Source of the DNA: Monocercomonoides exilis PA203
Lineage: Eukaryota > Protista > Preaxostyla
Reading direction: 5' to 3'
Assembly: GCA_001643675.2 (NCBI GenBank)
Contig: LSRY02000016.1
Span: forward strand, 1,364,001 to 1,428,000
Length of the DNA stretch: 64,000 nucleotides
The notes below the pieces were generated by a model that was not told where the DNA came from, did not search any database, and was given only the letters and a program-made list of their open reading frames with translations. Below, piece after piece: positions 1 through 13,100 of the stretch. The translations under genes were made by a program, and so were the position numbers. Position 1 is the first letter of the stretch. Every line of letters starts with the position of its first letter.

Positions 1-1726
1 TTCTGCGTGTTTCTCACCAGATTCTCGAATTATAGCTTCTGGAAGTGATGATAGAACAGTGAAGTTGTGGAGTGTTAATGACAATTCTTGCATTCATACA
101 CTTCACGGGCACATTGAGTTTGTAATCATTATTATTTTTCAAGATTTGTTAAAATCTTTTTGTCATAATCAGTTATGTCACTCACGTTGCTTTTCATCCC
201 CAAGGAACCTGCGTTGCGGTATGTGCTTGTTCCTTTTTAAAAATTTTGAATTTTTATTTTCTAATTAATATAACCTCTTTATAAACAATTAAATGTTTCA
301 AGGCATGCTCCACTGATCGAATCATTCACATTTGGGATATTCGAAACCAACAACTGCTTCAACGCTATCATGCACACAGCGCAGCAATCAATCAAATCGC
401 ATTTCATCCTGAAGGTAGATTCCTTCTTTCTTGCTCTGATGATACGAAAGTCAATGTTTGGAAAGCTTTTTATTTCAGTCATAAAAAATCATTCAATAAT
501 TTTTCTATTCTATTCGACCTTAAATGTTACTTAAATCTTTATTTGCCTTGCCTTAGATGTGGGATTTGGCCACTGGACTTCTTTCGACCACATTTCATGT
601 GCATCAAAAGCCTGTTCGTGCAGTTGATTGGACGTGCTGTGACAGCATTGTCCGCGCTGCCACGAAAGGCTCCTTGGGACGCAGCGGAACACAGAAACCA
701 AAAGAAGACAAATTGACAGACTTTTTCGTGAGTGGTGGCGATGACAAGCTGCTTTTCGTGTGGAAAGTTAATGACCTTGATGCTGCCAAAGTAGAAATTG
801 ATCCACACGACGAGTCAGAGGCAAGCTCAGCGTTTCCTCCGCCCGCTGAAAAGAAAAGCGAGCCCTGGGTCTTCCCCACAAAGGATCCACAAACAACAGT
901 TCCATTGAGACCGGAGTCCGCTTCTGCTTCTTCTGAAATGATGGCCTCGTCCAGCAGACGCTCACCTGCACATCGCTCATCTGCTTCTCCAACACCATCA
1001 GGCTCAGTTCGATCAGCAGCGTCTTCACGTGCTGGCATGAGGGCGTCTCCAAAATCATCAAAGATGGCTCCTGTCCCACCTCCGTTCCCAGTTCCTGCTT
1101 ATTCTTCGTTTGTGTCGCCGACGCCTGTGCAGATGGATGAAGTGGAGAAAGAGCGGATTGAGCAGAAGACGCAAGCAAAGTACAGACTGCTCAGAACAAG
1201 AGATGCGATTGAGGCAGAGAAGATGCTGACAGAGGAGAAAGAAAGAGAGCTTGCGGAGCTCAAAGAAATTGAAGCAGATAAGAAGAGGGATTATGAAATG
1301 GAAAGGAGGATGGAAGAAAAGAAAGAAAGAGAATTCAAATCGAGGCATGTTGCAGACGATGGAGAGATTGAAATACAGGACAATGATGCCGCCCTCTTCG
1401 ACAAGATGGAAGAACAAGAACAGCAAATTTCCATTTTGACAAAGGTCTGCTTTCATTCGTCTATTCTTTCATTCTTTAATCATTCCATTCTTCAATGTGT
1501 CATGATTGATCAAAAATCACATTTTTCTTTTGTTTTTAATAGAGTTTAGAAATCATGGATGTTCGACAGCGCAGTTGCGAGACAAAGCTTCAAAATATTG
1601 AGATCCTTCTCCAACGTTTGCTTTTTTCATTTCTTTTTCTTTTTTTTGATTATTTTCTATTATTTTATAAATATTGCACTTATTTCCTAAAAATTATCAG
1701 AAATTATGAAGCAACTTGGCATGTAA
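1..1726 (+). CDS. POC1: POC1 centriolar WD40 protein, 3' part (multi-exon, 5' end outside window)
   Basis: Spliced reading gives WD40 repeats (FSPDSRIIASGSDDRTVKLW; AFHPQGTCVA; IWDIRNQQLLQRYHAHSAAINQIAFHPEGRFLLSCSDD) and a C-terminal coiled coil (QISILTKSLEIMDVRQRSCETKL) matching the POC1 C-terminal motif. GT-AG introns; TAA at 1724-1726. Confidence 0.85.
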
Positions 1727-1955
1727 AAATCAATAGTTGAAATTCACGTCATTATTCTTTCTATAAAATCACGTCTTTTTTTCCTCTTTCTCTTTCATTT
1801 TTGGCACTTCACTTTTTCTCTTCAATCGCATTATTACAATATTTCATTCATCAACTCCAGCATTTTCCATCATTTTCTTTCTTTCTTTCTTTTGAACTGT
1901 TTAGTGAAGTGATAAATATTCTATTATTTTATTCTATTCAATAAAAATTTTTTTT

Positions 1956-4105
1956 TCAAGTCGCACCTGGTTTCCCAGCAGCCAACACATCGTCCACCAT
2001 CAGCAGCTGCGTGCCAATGACACTTGCAGACAGCACAATCTGCCTCTTCACAGACAAGTTGTCAAAAATCCCTTCTGTTGCTGGATCGCAGGGCTCTCCT
2101 GTATCCACATCAATTCCCGTTAAAAGACCATCGCGATAGCACTGCTGCAGCTGCGACACGCTTTCCAGTGCGTCAAATCCGCTGTTCAGTGCAATCAGCT
2201 TCGGAATGAGCAAAAGAGATTCTCCAAACAAAGTCATTCCTGCTGTAATTTTTCCGCTTGCTTCGACAGCTGCATTCAGCACCTTTTCGCTGGCAGCGAT
2301 CTCAAAAGCGCCTGCCCCAGGCACCACATACCCATCCTTGATGGCGTTCTTTGCTGCTCTCAGCCCGTCTCTCAGTGCGTCTTTCATCTGCGCAATGACA
2401 TGAGGTGTGGGGCCCTTGACGAGGATGGTGCAGGACATCGGGTGCTTGCAGTCTTCCACAAATGTGTATTTGTCCTCCCCCAGCTTCTGCTCGTACACGT
2501 GGCCTGCCCAGCCGAGCACTCGAGAGTCCAAGTCATCGACGGCGTTTACTGAGACGCCTCCTTTAATAAAAAAATATTGTGGCAAATGAAATGAAGGTGG
2601 ATATGAATGAAAAAGAATTTTTTTTTGGAATTTTCAAAAATCAAAAATAAGTCTTATAAAAATCAAGACATATTTGTGAAAGCTTCATTTACTTCATGAG
2701 ATTGAAATCTGAAACAGAAAATTTCAGCTTTCATTTCTAAATATCTTCCTCTTTCAAAGTTACATAGCACAACTCACATACCACAAGCTAATGCAAGTCG
2801 CTCCATATTTCTCTTCTTTGCTCTTCTAAGCGCCAAGATGCCTTCCTTAGCAAACATATCCAATGAAAGTGGATCAATTCCCTTCTGGTTGATAACCACG
2901 AATGACTGGTCATCTGTGCAGACTCGGCGCTTCAAGTCAATAATCTTCCTCACATTGTCGTCGGTGATCCGACGCTCCGCTTCCACCATCCTCTCCCGCT
3001 GCTCTGGCGAGGCATACGCCATTGTTGAGTTCACCTCACTGGAAATAAGATGATTCAAAGGTTCAAAAAGAGGTTTATTTCCAAAGTCATTAAATAAAAA
3101 ATGAAAAGAAATTTTCATTAAAATATTTTTTTGATAAAGAAAATATCAATGACTATACGTTTTTTCGTATTCCAAAGAGACGTTGCAAGTTAGAATGAAA
3201 CAATTCTCCAATTCTTTAGGCATATCTGGGTGCCTTCCTCCATGATCAAGAACAAGACCTCTCACCAAAGATGTTTCAGCAGCCATTTTGTGCTGCATAT
3301 GCATGATTTCGATCATGTGAAGATCTAAAAATTTAGAATAATAATAATTATTATTATAAAATGCCATAAAAAGACAAAAGGAAATGAAATTCATACTTAA
3401 TTCTTGTTCTGGTCTCTGAATGATTTTTATTGCTTCGGTTGTGATTTCTGTCATGCGCGCTGCAAGTAAAGGCGGAACTTTTGTCATGAAAGAAGAACGT
3501 ACAACTCCTTCAATGAGTTTTTGGTCATCTTTGACAGGCAATTTAATTTCATCAAGAGCGCTAACTGCAATTTCGCATCCTTTCTTTATACCATCAACAA
3601 GAATTCTCGGATGAGTTCCCTCAATAATATACTTTTCCGCTAATTTTAAAATTTCTGCTGTCAACAAGCAAACAGATGACGTTCCATCACCGTATTCGTC
3701 ATCTATTGCTGCTGCTGAGCGAGAAATAAGTTGTGCAGTTGGAAGTTGAATTTGCTAACAATTTGAAAAGAAAATTAAATCTAAAATAAATAAAATGCAA
3801 GCACCATTTCGCTAAGAAGAGTGGAGCCATCTTTTGTTATTTTTATATCTCCTCCACCACTTACAAGCCTAAAAATTGTTTTTTATGAATATCACTACTA
3901 TTAACATAATACAAACATCTTCATTGTTCCATGTGGGCCAATATTTGATTTTAGAACTTCTTGAAGTCCCTATTTAGTTGAACGTTTTTGTAGGATGCAA
4001 AAATTGTAAAATATTAAAGATATAAGAAAATACAAATACATAAAAAAACAATACCTTAGCCTGCGAAATATTCCATGATAACGCTTTGTTTAAAGCGGTT
4101 TCCAT
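1956..4105 (-). CDS. CCT6: T-complex protein 1 subunit zeta (CCT6), multi-exon
   Basis: Exons encode [103 protein letters not shown] and VVPGAGAFE, consistent with CCT-zeta. Putative ATG at 4103-4105. Confidence 0.95.
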
Positions 4106-4176
4106 AATTATTGTTCAAAATTAATCTGTATTTTGACAAATAATTGGATAATAAAAATTTCAAAAAGTAATAATGC

Positions 4177-6647
4177 ATGCTCGGATCGTTTTTTGTGCAT
4201 CCTTTGGAGCTGATTTTTTCGGTAATGGAAAATTTTCTTCAACGTATCCCATGCTACACAGCATGCACAAATTCAGAAGACATGTTCTTTGATACTATAA
4301 ACAAAGAAATGCTCGAAATAGAAGACAAAACGGTCTTTGAACAACAAGAAATTCTTATAAAAGCTGCACGTGTTGGAAATCAATATTTGCTAGAAAGACT
4401 CTTAAACAAAGGATATTCTGTAAACATTACTGATTTGAACAATATGACTCCGCTGCACTGGGCTGTTCACTCCGAAAATCCCGCAATGGTTTCATTTCTG
4501 ATGAATCGAGGTGCAAACCCAAATGCGTATTGTAATGAATCGTATGATACTCCTGTCTCCATTGCAGCAAAAAATGGAAACGTTCCTATTTTACACTATC
4601 TTTTGGAACATGGAGGTGATTTTAATTATCATGATAATCGAGATGTTACTCTCCTCATGTGTGCAGCTGCAACTGGTTCTGCTCAAGCCTGTGAATACCT
4701 TGTATGGATATTAAATAATTTATTCTTTTATTGTCAATTTTTTGTTATTTTCATTTTTTTTTTCACAAATAAAAGATTCGAAAAGGTGCGCGACTCACAT
4801 ATGATAATCATCACCAGACAGCTTTTCATTGGGCCATTCACAAAGGTAATCCGCAAGTTATTTCTCTTCTGATACTTGCATTCCCTGGACGCTTGAATGA
4901 AAAAAATGACAAGGGTTTAACACCACTTCATTTTGCGATTTGGAGAGATAAGCCATTGTGTGCGCGAGTTCTGATTGAAAATGGTGCATCTTTGGAAGAG
5001 AGGAACCAGAGCGGAGAAAATTGCATTGAGTTTGCACTGAGAATGCTGAACGGTGATCATCGATTTGATGCCGAAGCAAGGCTCTTTGGACAGAAGATTG
5101 GGAATAGAGAAAAAAAAGCGAAAGAAGCAAATTCGGACAAGTACGATGGAAGAATAGAAATAAACACGGCCGAATCAGCATCACTGCTGGAAGAAGGAAA
5201 TACCAGATCCTCTACGAATGAGAAATGGGATGTGAAAAGGATCTGGAACAAAGCTAAAACCTTGTTTCGCGGAAAGAAAAACCAGATGAAAAAAAACAAA
5301 ACACTCGAGTTGATCGAAAAAGACAAGCTTCGCACGTTCGGCGGAATGCGACGCAACATCTTTACAGGAACATGCTTAGGATTTGTGATCCTGTATTCGA
5401 TCGGAACGCTTCTGACGTTCTTTCTTCTTTGGCGGCATGATCTGCCTGGAAGGACGCGTTCTGTGACACTTGGTGTCATCTGCACCGTGCTGTTTGCGCT
5501 GCTTGTTTTTTCTGACCCAGGCAGGCTGCCAATGACGGGGGATGAAGAAAGAGGGGGGCTGTTTGGAACGGAAAAGGGGCTGGAGGAGATGATGCGGGAG
5601 AAGGCGAAGAGAGGCGAGGTGGACACGGCTCATTTGGACGATGTGTATTATTCATCGGCGCTTTCGTCGATGTCAATGGAAACACCGTCTGGTGGGTCAA
5701 GTGAGGGCTTTAAGAAAGACACTTCATTAGATTCTTCTGCTTCTTCTTCTTCTTCTTCAGCTTCCTCGTCATCCTCTTCTTCTTCTTCTTTGGATTCATC
5801 ATCATCTTCCTTCTCCTCCTCCTCAGCCTCTTCTTCTTCTTCTTCTTCTTCTTCATTCCAATCACCTCGCAACCCTAACTCCACCCCGCTCATCCGCCAC
5901 TCCCTTCTCACTTCCCTCCTCGTCCAAGTTCTCCTCGCTGCAAACGAACTCGACCGCAGCATCCGCCGCACTCTTTCGTCTTCCCACCTCCTTCTGCGGT
6001 GCCTGTGGCTTGTTCTTTCCTGGCTGCTTCTGCTTCCTCTCCGTCTTGTTCTGTGCATCTCTTCGTATGCCACTCTGCTTCCCATCCGCTTTGCATTTGG
6101 GTCTGTTGCTGTGGCGCCTGCTTTCCACCGCCCGCCAAAATGGGACGGAGGAGAAACGTATTTGTGCTTCAATAAGTTTGCTATGCCGGGGCCTTTTGAT
6201 GTGGTGAGGCAGAAGGAAGCAGAAGAAGAAGCGAAAGAAGCGAAAATGGAGAAGAAGAAAAGAGCGATAAAAATGGAATTGAAGAAGAGTGCGAAGGGGA
6301 AAAACGGGAAGCAAAACTTGAATTCTGTTCAGATTCAACATGGTTTTGATGAAGAAGGCGAGAAAGAAGAAGTGATGAAATCTCGAAACGGAGCAAATGA
6401 CAGTAACAGCAAAATAGCAGCTGATGAGCAGAAGATGAGTGGCGATGATGATGTTTACATGAGAACAACAACAAGTGAGGCGCGCAATCCTTCACACACA
6501 GCTGTTTCGTCCAGGGCGACTGTTCCGATGCGATGGAGGGTGGATGAATGCTGCAATCAGAGAGAGTTTTACAATACAGTGTGCTTTTTAATTATAAGTG
6601 ATTTTTATTTATTTATTTATTTATTTAAATATTTAAATATTTATTTT

Positions 6648-6696
<49 letters not shown>

Positions 6697-8590
6697 TAAT
6701 TTTAATTTTAATTTTAATTTTAATTTTAATTTTAATTTTAATTTTAATTTTAACTTTAATTTTAATATTTTTCAATAAATCTTTATTCTTTTTATAATGA
6801 TATTTTTTTTACTCCTCAATTTTTATGTGAATTGTGAAATGATTCAAAATCTTTCGTTTCATTTTATATTTCATTTTTCTTTTATTCATTTCTCCTCAAT
6901 CCACTCCATCTCCTACCAGATGCTCGATGCCGGCTGCCCCATCCCTCTCTGCTCCACCTGCCGCATTGCCCGCCCCCTGCGCTCCAAGCACTGCTCCATC
7001 TGCGGATGCTGCGTGGCAAAAATGGACCATCACTGCGGCTGGGTGAACAACTGCATCGGAGCCCGGAATTACCTCCTTTTTCTCGTCTTCTGCGCTTTCA
7101 TGCTGTGGAACTTGATTGCTCATATAGCACATCTGGTGCAGTGGGTGTGCCTCAGACGCAACGGAGACCCAGTTTTCAGGTGGAAGGAGTTTTTCCCGTT
7201 TCTTCTCTACTTCGTTACTCACCAGCCAATCATCTTCATCTTTGTGGTGATTGTGTTCCTGTTTGTGCTATTTCTAGTCAACTTGCTCGTTTCACATGCT
7301 CAGCAGATCCAGTTCAACCAGACAACAAACGAAGGTATCAACCTCACACGCTATCCACAGTTCTTCCTGGAGAACGGAGCTTATCTCAACCCCTTTTCAC
7401 GCAAAAGACGAAGCAGAAGGTCCATTTCAAACAAACAGGAGCAGATGAAAGTGTTTGCGTTGCTGGATTCATTTCTCAGTGAAGCTGATTTCAGCAGACA
7501 TCAGAGCTTCCATATACCTTCGTATTATTTATCGGATAGTTACTTGTTAAACTCTTCCTCTTCTTCTTCTTCCTCATCATATTCATCCTCCTCTTCTTCC
7601 TCTTCTTCTTTCTCCGCCCCTTCAAAATACAACACCTCAGCCTCGTCCCAGACAGTCAATCTCTTCTCCTCTTCCTCTCTTCCCCCGTCTTACATGATTG
7701 TTCCTCCTCATCCACCGCGTCGTCGCTCGCAGCTGATGAACTTTCTGGTTATCTTCTTCAATTCTGAGGTGAAGGACAATTATGAAAAGATCGTTCTGGA
7801 GGACGATGTGATTGAAGTGACAGGGCTAGCTCTAAATTCGTCCGATGCTTTGGAGGAAGGGCAAGATGATTCTGACGAAGATGCAAAGGAGAATCAAATA
7901 CTGAGAAAGAAAGCAGATTCGGAAGAGCCAATGGATAAGCCAGTGGAAAAACAGACTGTGGAAGTGTCGATGGCATCGCAGAGCATTCAAAGATTTACGT
8001 TCCGCCACGAAGGGCAGCTGGCGCCGTTTGAGCTGACGGCGCAGGGGAAAGAGCTGGTGGAAGAGCGGATTGCGAAGGAGAAAGAGGAAGAAGAAGAAAG
8101 AGCGAAGGAGGCAGAGTCCGAGATGGTGGAAGCGTGCAAGCTGGAGCTGGCCAATGAGAGGAAAGTTCGCGCAAAGAGGAGGGAGAAGAGAAAGCAGTGG
8201 CAGCTTTCAAAGAAGAAGACAGTTGCAGCGAATCCAGCTTCCGATGGGTCGGATCTACTGCCGCTCCAGCCGAACATTGTGGATGAACAGAGCGAGGAAG
8301 ACGGGGAGTCTGAAGAGTCCAGCGAATCTGAAGGGCAAGAGGAGGAAATGGAAGAAAGCAGAACAGAGCAGAATTACTCGTCTTTTGATGAAGATGCACC
8401 ACACAGCGTTATTTCAAAGACTTCTTCTTCATCTTCCTCAGCGGAACAGCAGTCATCTGAAGATTTGGTGATTCCAGACATTCCAATGGAATCAATGCTC
8501 AATCCAGCACCTCAAAACCTGTTGAAGAAGAGAGGAAGAGATCTTATGAATTTCATTCTTGGGCAATTAAATGTTGGAGAGAATTATTGA
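4177..8590 (+). CDS. Ankyrin-repeat DHHC palmitoyltransferase (Akr1/ZDHHC17-like)
   Basis: N-terminal ankyrin repeats ([24 protein letters not shown]), TM helices, DPG motif, DHHC-CRD ([37 protein letters not shown]) and TTNE motif. Introns at about 4702-4775 and 6580-6919. Confidence 0.9.
6650..6763 (+). repeat. Intronic ~42-nt poly-T run followed by an (AATTTT)n tandem repeat
   Basis: Directly visible inside the DHHC gene intron. Confidence 0.9.
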
Positions 8591-8870
8591 GTTGTATTTT
8601 TAGAACATTTCAAAGCAGCTTCTTGAATTCTGGAAAGTTTTGAGGTCATCTCGTTTATATATATATTTTTATCTTTTTAGCTATATATTTTTATTCTAGA
8701 AAATGTAATGTGATTACTCATTTCATCATTTTCATATCATTTTCATAAAAAAGAAAACAATTTTTACTTTGGATCGTGTTGTTGTAAACAAAATCCACTA
8801 TGTGGACGTGAAACGTATAATGTGAAAAATGTGAAAAAGCTTTTGTTTGAAACATTAAAGATTTAGGAAA

Positions 8871-9365
8871 TTAGAATCCCCACATCCCTCCGCCAGCTCC
8901 GCCGGTTGCTCCGTATCCACCAGCATTGATGTTGTTCATTCCAGCTGCTCCCTCATATGCGTTTGTGGCACCTCCGAAGTTTCCTGCTCCGAACATGTTG
9001 TTGTTCATTGCAGCAGCGTTGAGGTTTGCAGCGCCGTATCCATTAGATCCGGACATGCAAACATCATTGATGTTGTTAACAAACACTTCATTTGCATTGC
9101 GAACTGCATAGTTATTGACGCCATAAGCACCCATCGCATTAACATCAGCAAGGCATGCATTGGTGTTGTAGGCATTTGCAGCTTGTCCGTATCCCATCAT
9201 ATCACCGCCAGCTCCGTATGCATTGGCACAGTTTGTATTTCCGTATCCTGCTCCTTGCATTCCTCCTCCTCCTCCCATGTATCCCATTGGCATTCCCCAT
9301 CCCATGCATGGCATTCCACAAAATTGAGCAGAGGACAAAGATAAAAGTGCAAGAACAATGTACAT
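8871..9365 (-). CDS. Small secreted Gly/Asn/Ala/Met-rich low-complexity protein (164 aa)
   Basis: ATG at 9363-9365 begins a signal-peptide-like segment (MYIVLALLSLSSA). GC-richer coding island in AT-rich flanks; recurring NAYG/GAYG/GYG motifs. Confidence 0.8.
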   Translation of the reverse strand: MYIVLALLSLSSAQFCGMPCMGWGMPMGYMGGGGGMQGAGYGNTNCANAYGAGGDMMGYGQAANAYNTNACLADVNAMGAYGVNNYAVRNANEVFVNNINDVCMSGSNGYGAANLNAAAMNNNMFGAGNFGGATNAYEGAAGMNNINAGGYGATGGAGGGMWGF

Positions 9366-10187
9366 TAATAATTCAATTTTTAAAATTAAGCAATGCAAGA
9401 AAAAAAGTGCTACTGCATTTACAACATTTTCTCGTGTCACTTTACAGTGAAATTAGCTATTTTCAACATTACAAAATTTTTTATTATTCTTTATGTATGT
9501 TTTGATCACTTGAAAATCTTTTTTCAATTTTTTTTGTTATAATATAACAAGCAATGATTTTATTTTAATTTTGCATAACTGAATGTTTCAAAGATTGAAA
9601 TAATATAATTTGTTCAAAGAAAACATAGAAGAAATAAATGATTATAATAATATATAAAATGATTTCTGGTTGCGAACACTTCAATGTTATCTTTCAATGA
9701 ATGATATACTTTATTAAATATTGTATTGATTATTTTGCATCATCACGTTACATCTGTATGTGAAATATCGATTTTTTTTTGATTTTTCTGTAGAAAAAAA
9801 GATAATATTTTGGAGAATCTGAAAATGTTTCAATTGATGCATTTCAAAAGGAATAATTCATGTGTTACAGAATATTTCTTTTCAGTACTATTTATTGAAA
9901 AACTTGCACATCTTGGATAACAGTTGTTGTCAAAAAATTCTTTAAAAGTTGTTTGATTGTTTGCTTTATGAAATTAATAACTGTGGAAAAATAACCTTGT
10001 CTGTGATGAAAAATACACATATGTTAAAAAAGAAATTAGGATATCCTGATGAAATCCTTTGCCATGAAATTTTATAAATTATATTTAATATTTTGAAAAA
10101 GTTACTTTTATGATAAATTGAAAAAGATATGAAAATCAAAACTTTTCAGCTAATGACAATTTCTCTCATTAATTTTAAAGTTGAATG

Positions 10188-13100
10188 AGTTATTCATCAC
10201 ATTTCTATAATATGCGCAAAGCGTGAATTGCATGAGTGAAAATCGACTCTTGTTTTTGTATCTTTTGAATATCATTTATCATTTTAATGCCTTTTTTTCA
10301 GAAAGTATCACAAATCCTATTTATAACCCTGTGACGAAATGTTCCATGCTTTTGTTGGTGCGGGCTTTCAAGCCATAAGAATCATAAACAGAAAACGAAC
10401 AAATAAATAAATAATAAGATCCATTTTTGCTTTGAAAATGGTGCAAAACGCCTCTTGCTGCACCCAACAAAAGCAGCAACACAACCATTCGCCTCCCTAT
10501 TAATGGCGCATAAGAACAGATTGCAAATGCAAATTCCATTGCCGTTCCTGATAAATGCCCCAGATTCCATTTGCACTTTGCAATCCTTTTGCTGAAATGC
10601 AATTTTTCATAAAACACTTCCAGAGCCGCTCCCTTTAGACTCTGCCCCAGAAGCCTTGTGCCGACTGCCGTTGCTGCTGGAATAAGCGTAGCCAATTGCA
10701 TCAGACATCGTGAGCACAGCTGCGCCTGCAGGAAAGCGCTGTATGAACTCGCGCTTGAGGCTGATAAGTGTTGGCCTTGCTGGGGCATTGCTGTCCAGGC
10801 ACGACAGAATGCAGCCAGAAAATGGGTTCTTTTCGGCAATTCCCATGAAAGGCCGTTCTCCATTCACAATCTTCTGTCCAGCAACCTCTGCCTCATACTC
10901 CCCAAACGGGATATTCAGTGTCAGACACTCCCACAGCATCATCCCAATCGAGAAGGCAACCGACTCCTTTGTTGCTCCCATCTTCTTGTTCATCAGCAGC
11001 TCTGGCGCCTTCCACCTCATGCACTCTTTTCTGTTGTCATCCTCATCCTCAAAGGCGGATGAAGGAGGTAGTGATTTTGTGAATCTCTCGCTCTTCACAG
11101 AAACATCAGAGGAAGATGTGACCATGGTGGAGGTTGAAGAGATGGAGGAAGTGTCAGAGTCTGACGAGCAGTCGGAGTGGAGAGCAACGCAGATGACCAT
11201 GTGCTCTGAGAACAGCACAATGTGGGAACTGAGATTGACCAAAGAGGAAAGCTCATTTTCCATTTCGTCAAAGGAGTGGAGCGCAAGATTAGCCACCCAG
11301 AACAAGATCTGAGCAGCTGTCTGCTCCCTCTCCTTCAAACTCCCAATTGCCATCTCCTTTGTCTTATTCAACCCATGCAACAGCATGAACAGAGAATCCC
11401 TCAAGTCCACAATCAGCTTCTCATGAGGCGATGAACAGGCCATAGCATCCACCAAGTTCGACATCGATGAGGTGGTTGGACACAGATCCTCTCCTCGAAC
11501 AAATGTCGAATCAGAATCTGTTGTCGAAGTGGTGGAAGTGGATGAAATTGATGGTGATGGTGTTCGCTTTCGAATTTCTTCTTCTTCATCTTTCTCCAAT
11601 GCCCATTCAGGAATCTTGTCTGAGTCTTTTCCAAGAATGTATTCAGTCGATCCACTCTCACTCAACAAATGCTCTGATGACTCTGAATGACCCAAGCTTT
11701 TCTCATACACTCTCTTCTTTATCCTCTCATCATTCTTCTTCTCTGCCTCATTCTCTGCTCTCCTCCACTGCTCCTCAGGCGACATCTCCATCGTCACCAT
11801 CTCAAATGCCTTCGGATCTTTTCTGATGTTATCGTTCACAATCTCTCTCAGATCTTCTGCTTCATTCTTCACCTTCTTCCATCGAACAATGAATACAATA
11901 GATACAGCAAGGACAATCAATAGAACAACAGCCATAATAATAACAATCAATAATAAATAAGATTTTCCTTCGTTTCCACCTTCGACTAATCTTTCGCCCC
12001 CTTTTTGTTCAGACTCACTCCTGTTCTTCAGAATGAATGACTTTGTCGAAGCTGAAGATCTCCCAAACACAATTGCTGTGGAGAGTTCTAACCCATCGGA
12101 GTCTGATGTTAACTTTGCTGACGGAATTGTTCCAACAACTTCGGTTTCAGAAGCAAAGCTGTTTTCGTCAAATGGATACCGCTCGACCAACTCCACATCG
12201 TTGATTGTGCGTATCAACTTGAAAGATAGATCGCATGGCAGGAAAAGCGATCCTATGAATTTGATATCAGCGTTGCTCCCAGATTCAGCCAGACTTGCTG
12301 ATTCCAGATGAGGAATGAAAAACGGAGAGAGTCGCTCCTGTGCAGCACCCTTCAAGCTGCAGCCTTCGCTCATGATCCACAACGAAGTGTTGTCCTTCAC
12401 TCCATCCCCGCCTTTCAAGCTGTCAATTGCCAATGAAGCCGAATCGCAGCAGAAGATGTTCCGACGGAGTGACGGGTATTTCTGCATCGAGGGGCTGTTG
12501 TCAAAAAACTCGCCTTTCTCGATTGTCATGTTGCCTGCTGCCAACGACAATCCGCCTGATGACGAATTCGATATTGTCACATCCTTCATCAGTGCTGCTG
12601 CACGCGACAACTGGATGAGCGATCCATTCCATTTGCAGACACTCTCTTCGCTGCTGGAAATTGCTTGCCTCCCCACAAACTCGCACATGTGCATCGAAAT
12701 GTCAAGCGCCCTGCTGACATCCACGATGCTCCCTTTTTTCGACAACGACACACAATCCGAGCACGAGCAGTTTGACAGGTTTATCCGGGCAGAAGGCGAG
12801 GTTGACGAAAGGAAGCATGCACCCAACGAACCACGACTGAAGTTTCTGATGGAAGAACTGCCAAAGGAAACAACTCCCGACATATCTTCGCAAACGGAAA
12901 TGACACTGCCATTGCGAGACTTCACTCCATCCACCACCGCATCATCAATCACCACACTCTCACACTCTCCAACTTCAAACAGATTGGACGACAGCTCAAC
13001 CTGCTTCACACCCACTTTTGCCAAGGACACCTTGCTGCTGCCAGTCAGCCGGAACACTGGCTGCTCAAATGAAATTTCCGATGTGTTGCAATTATCGATG

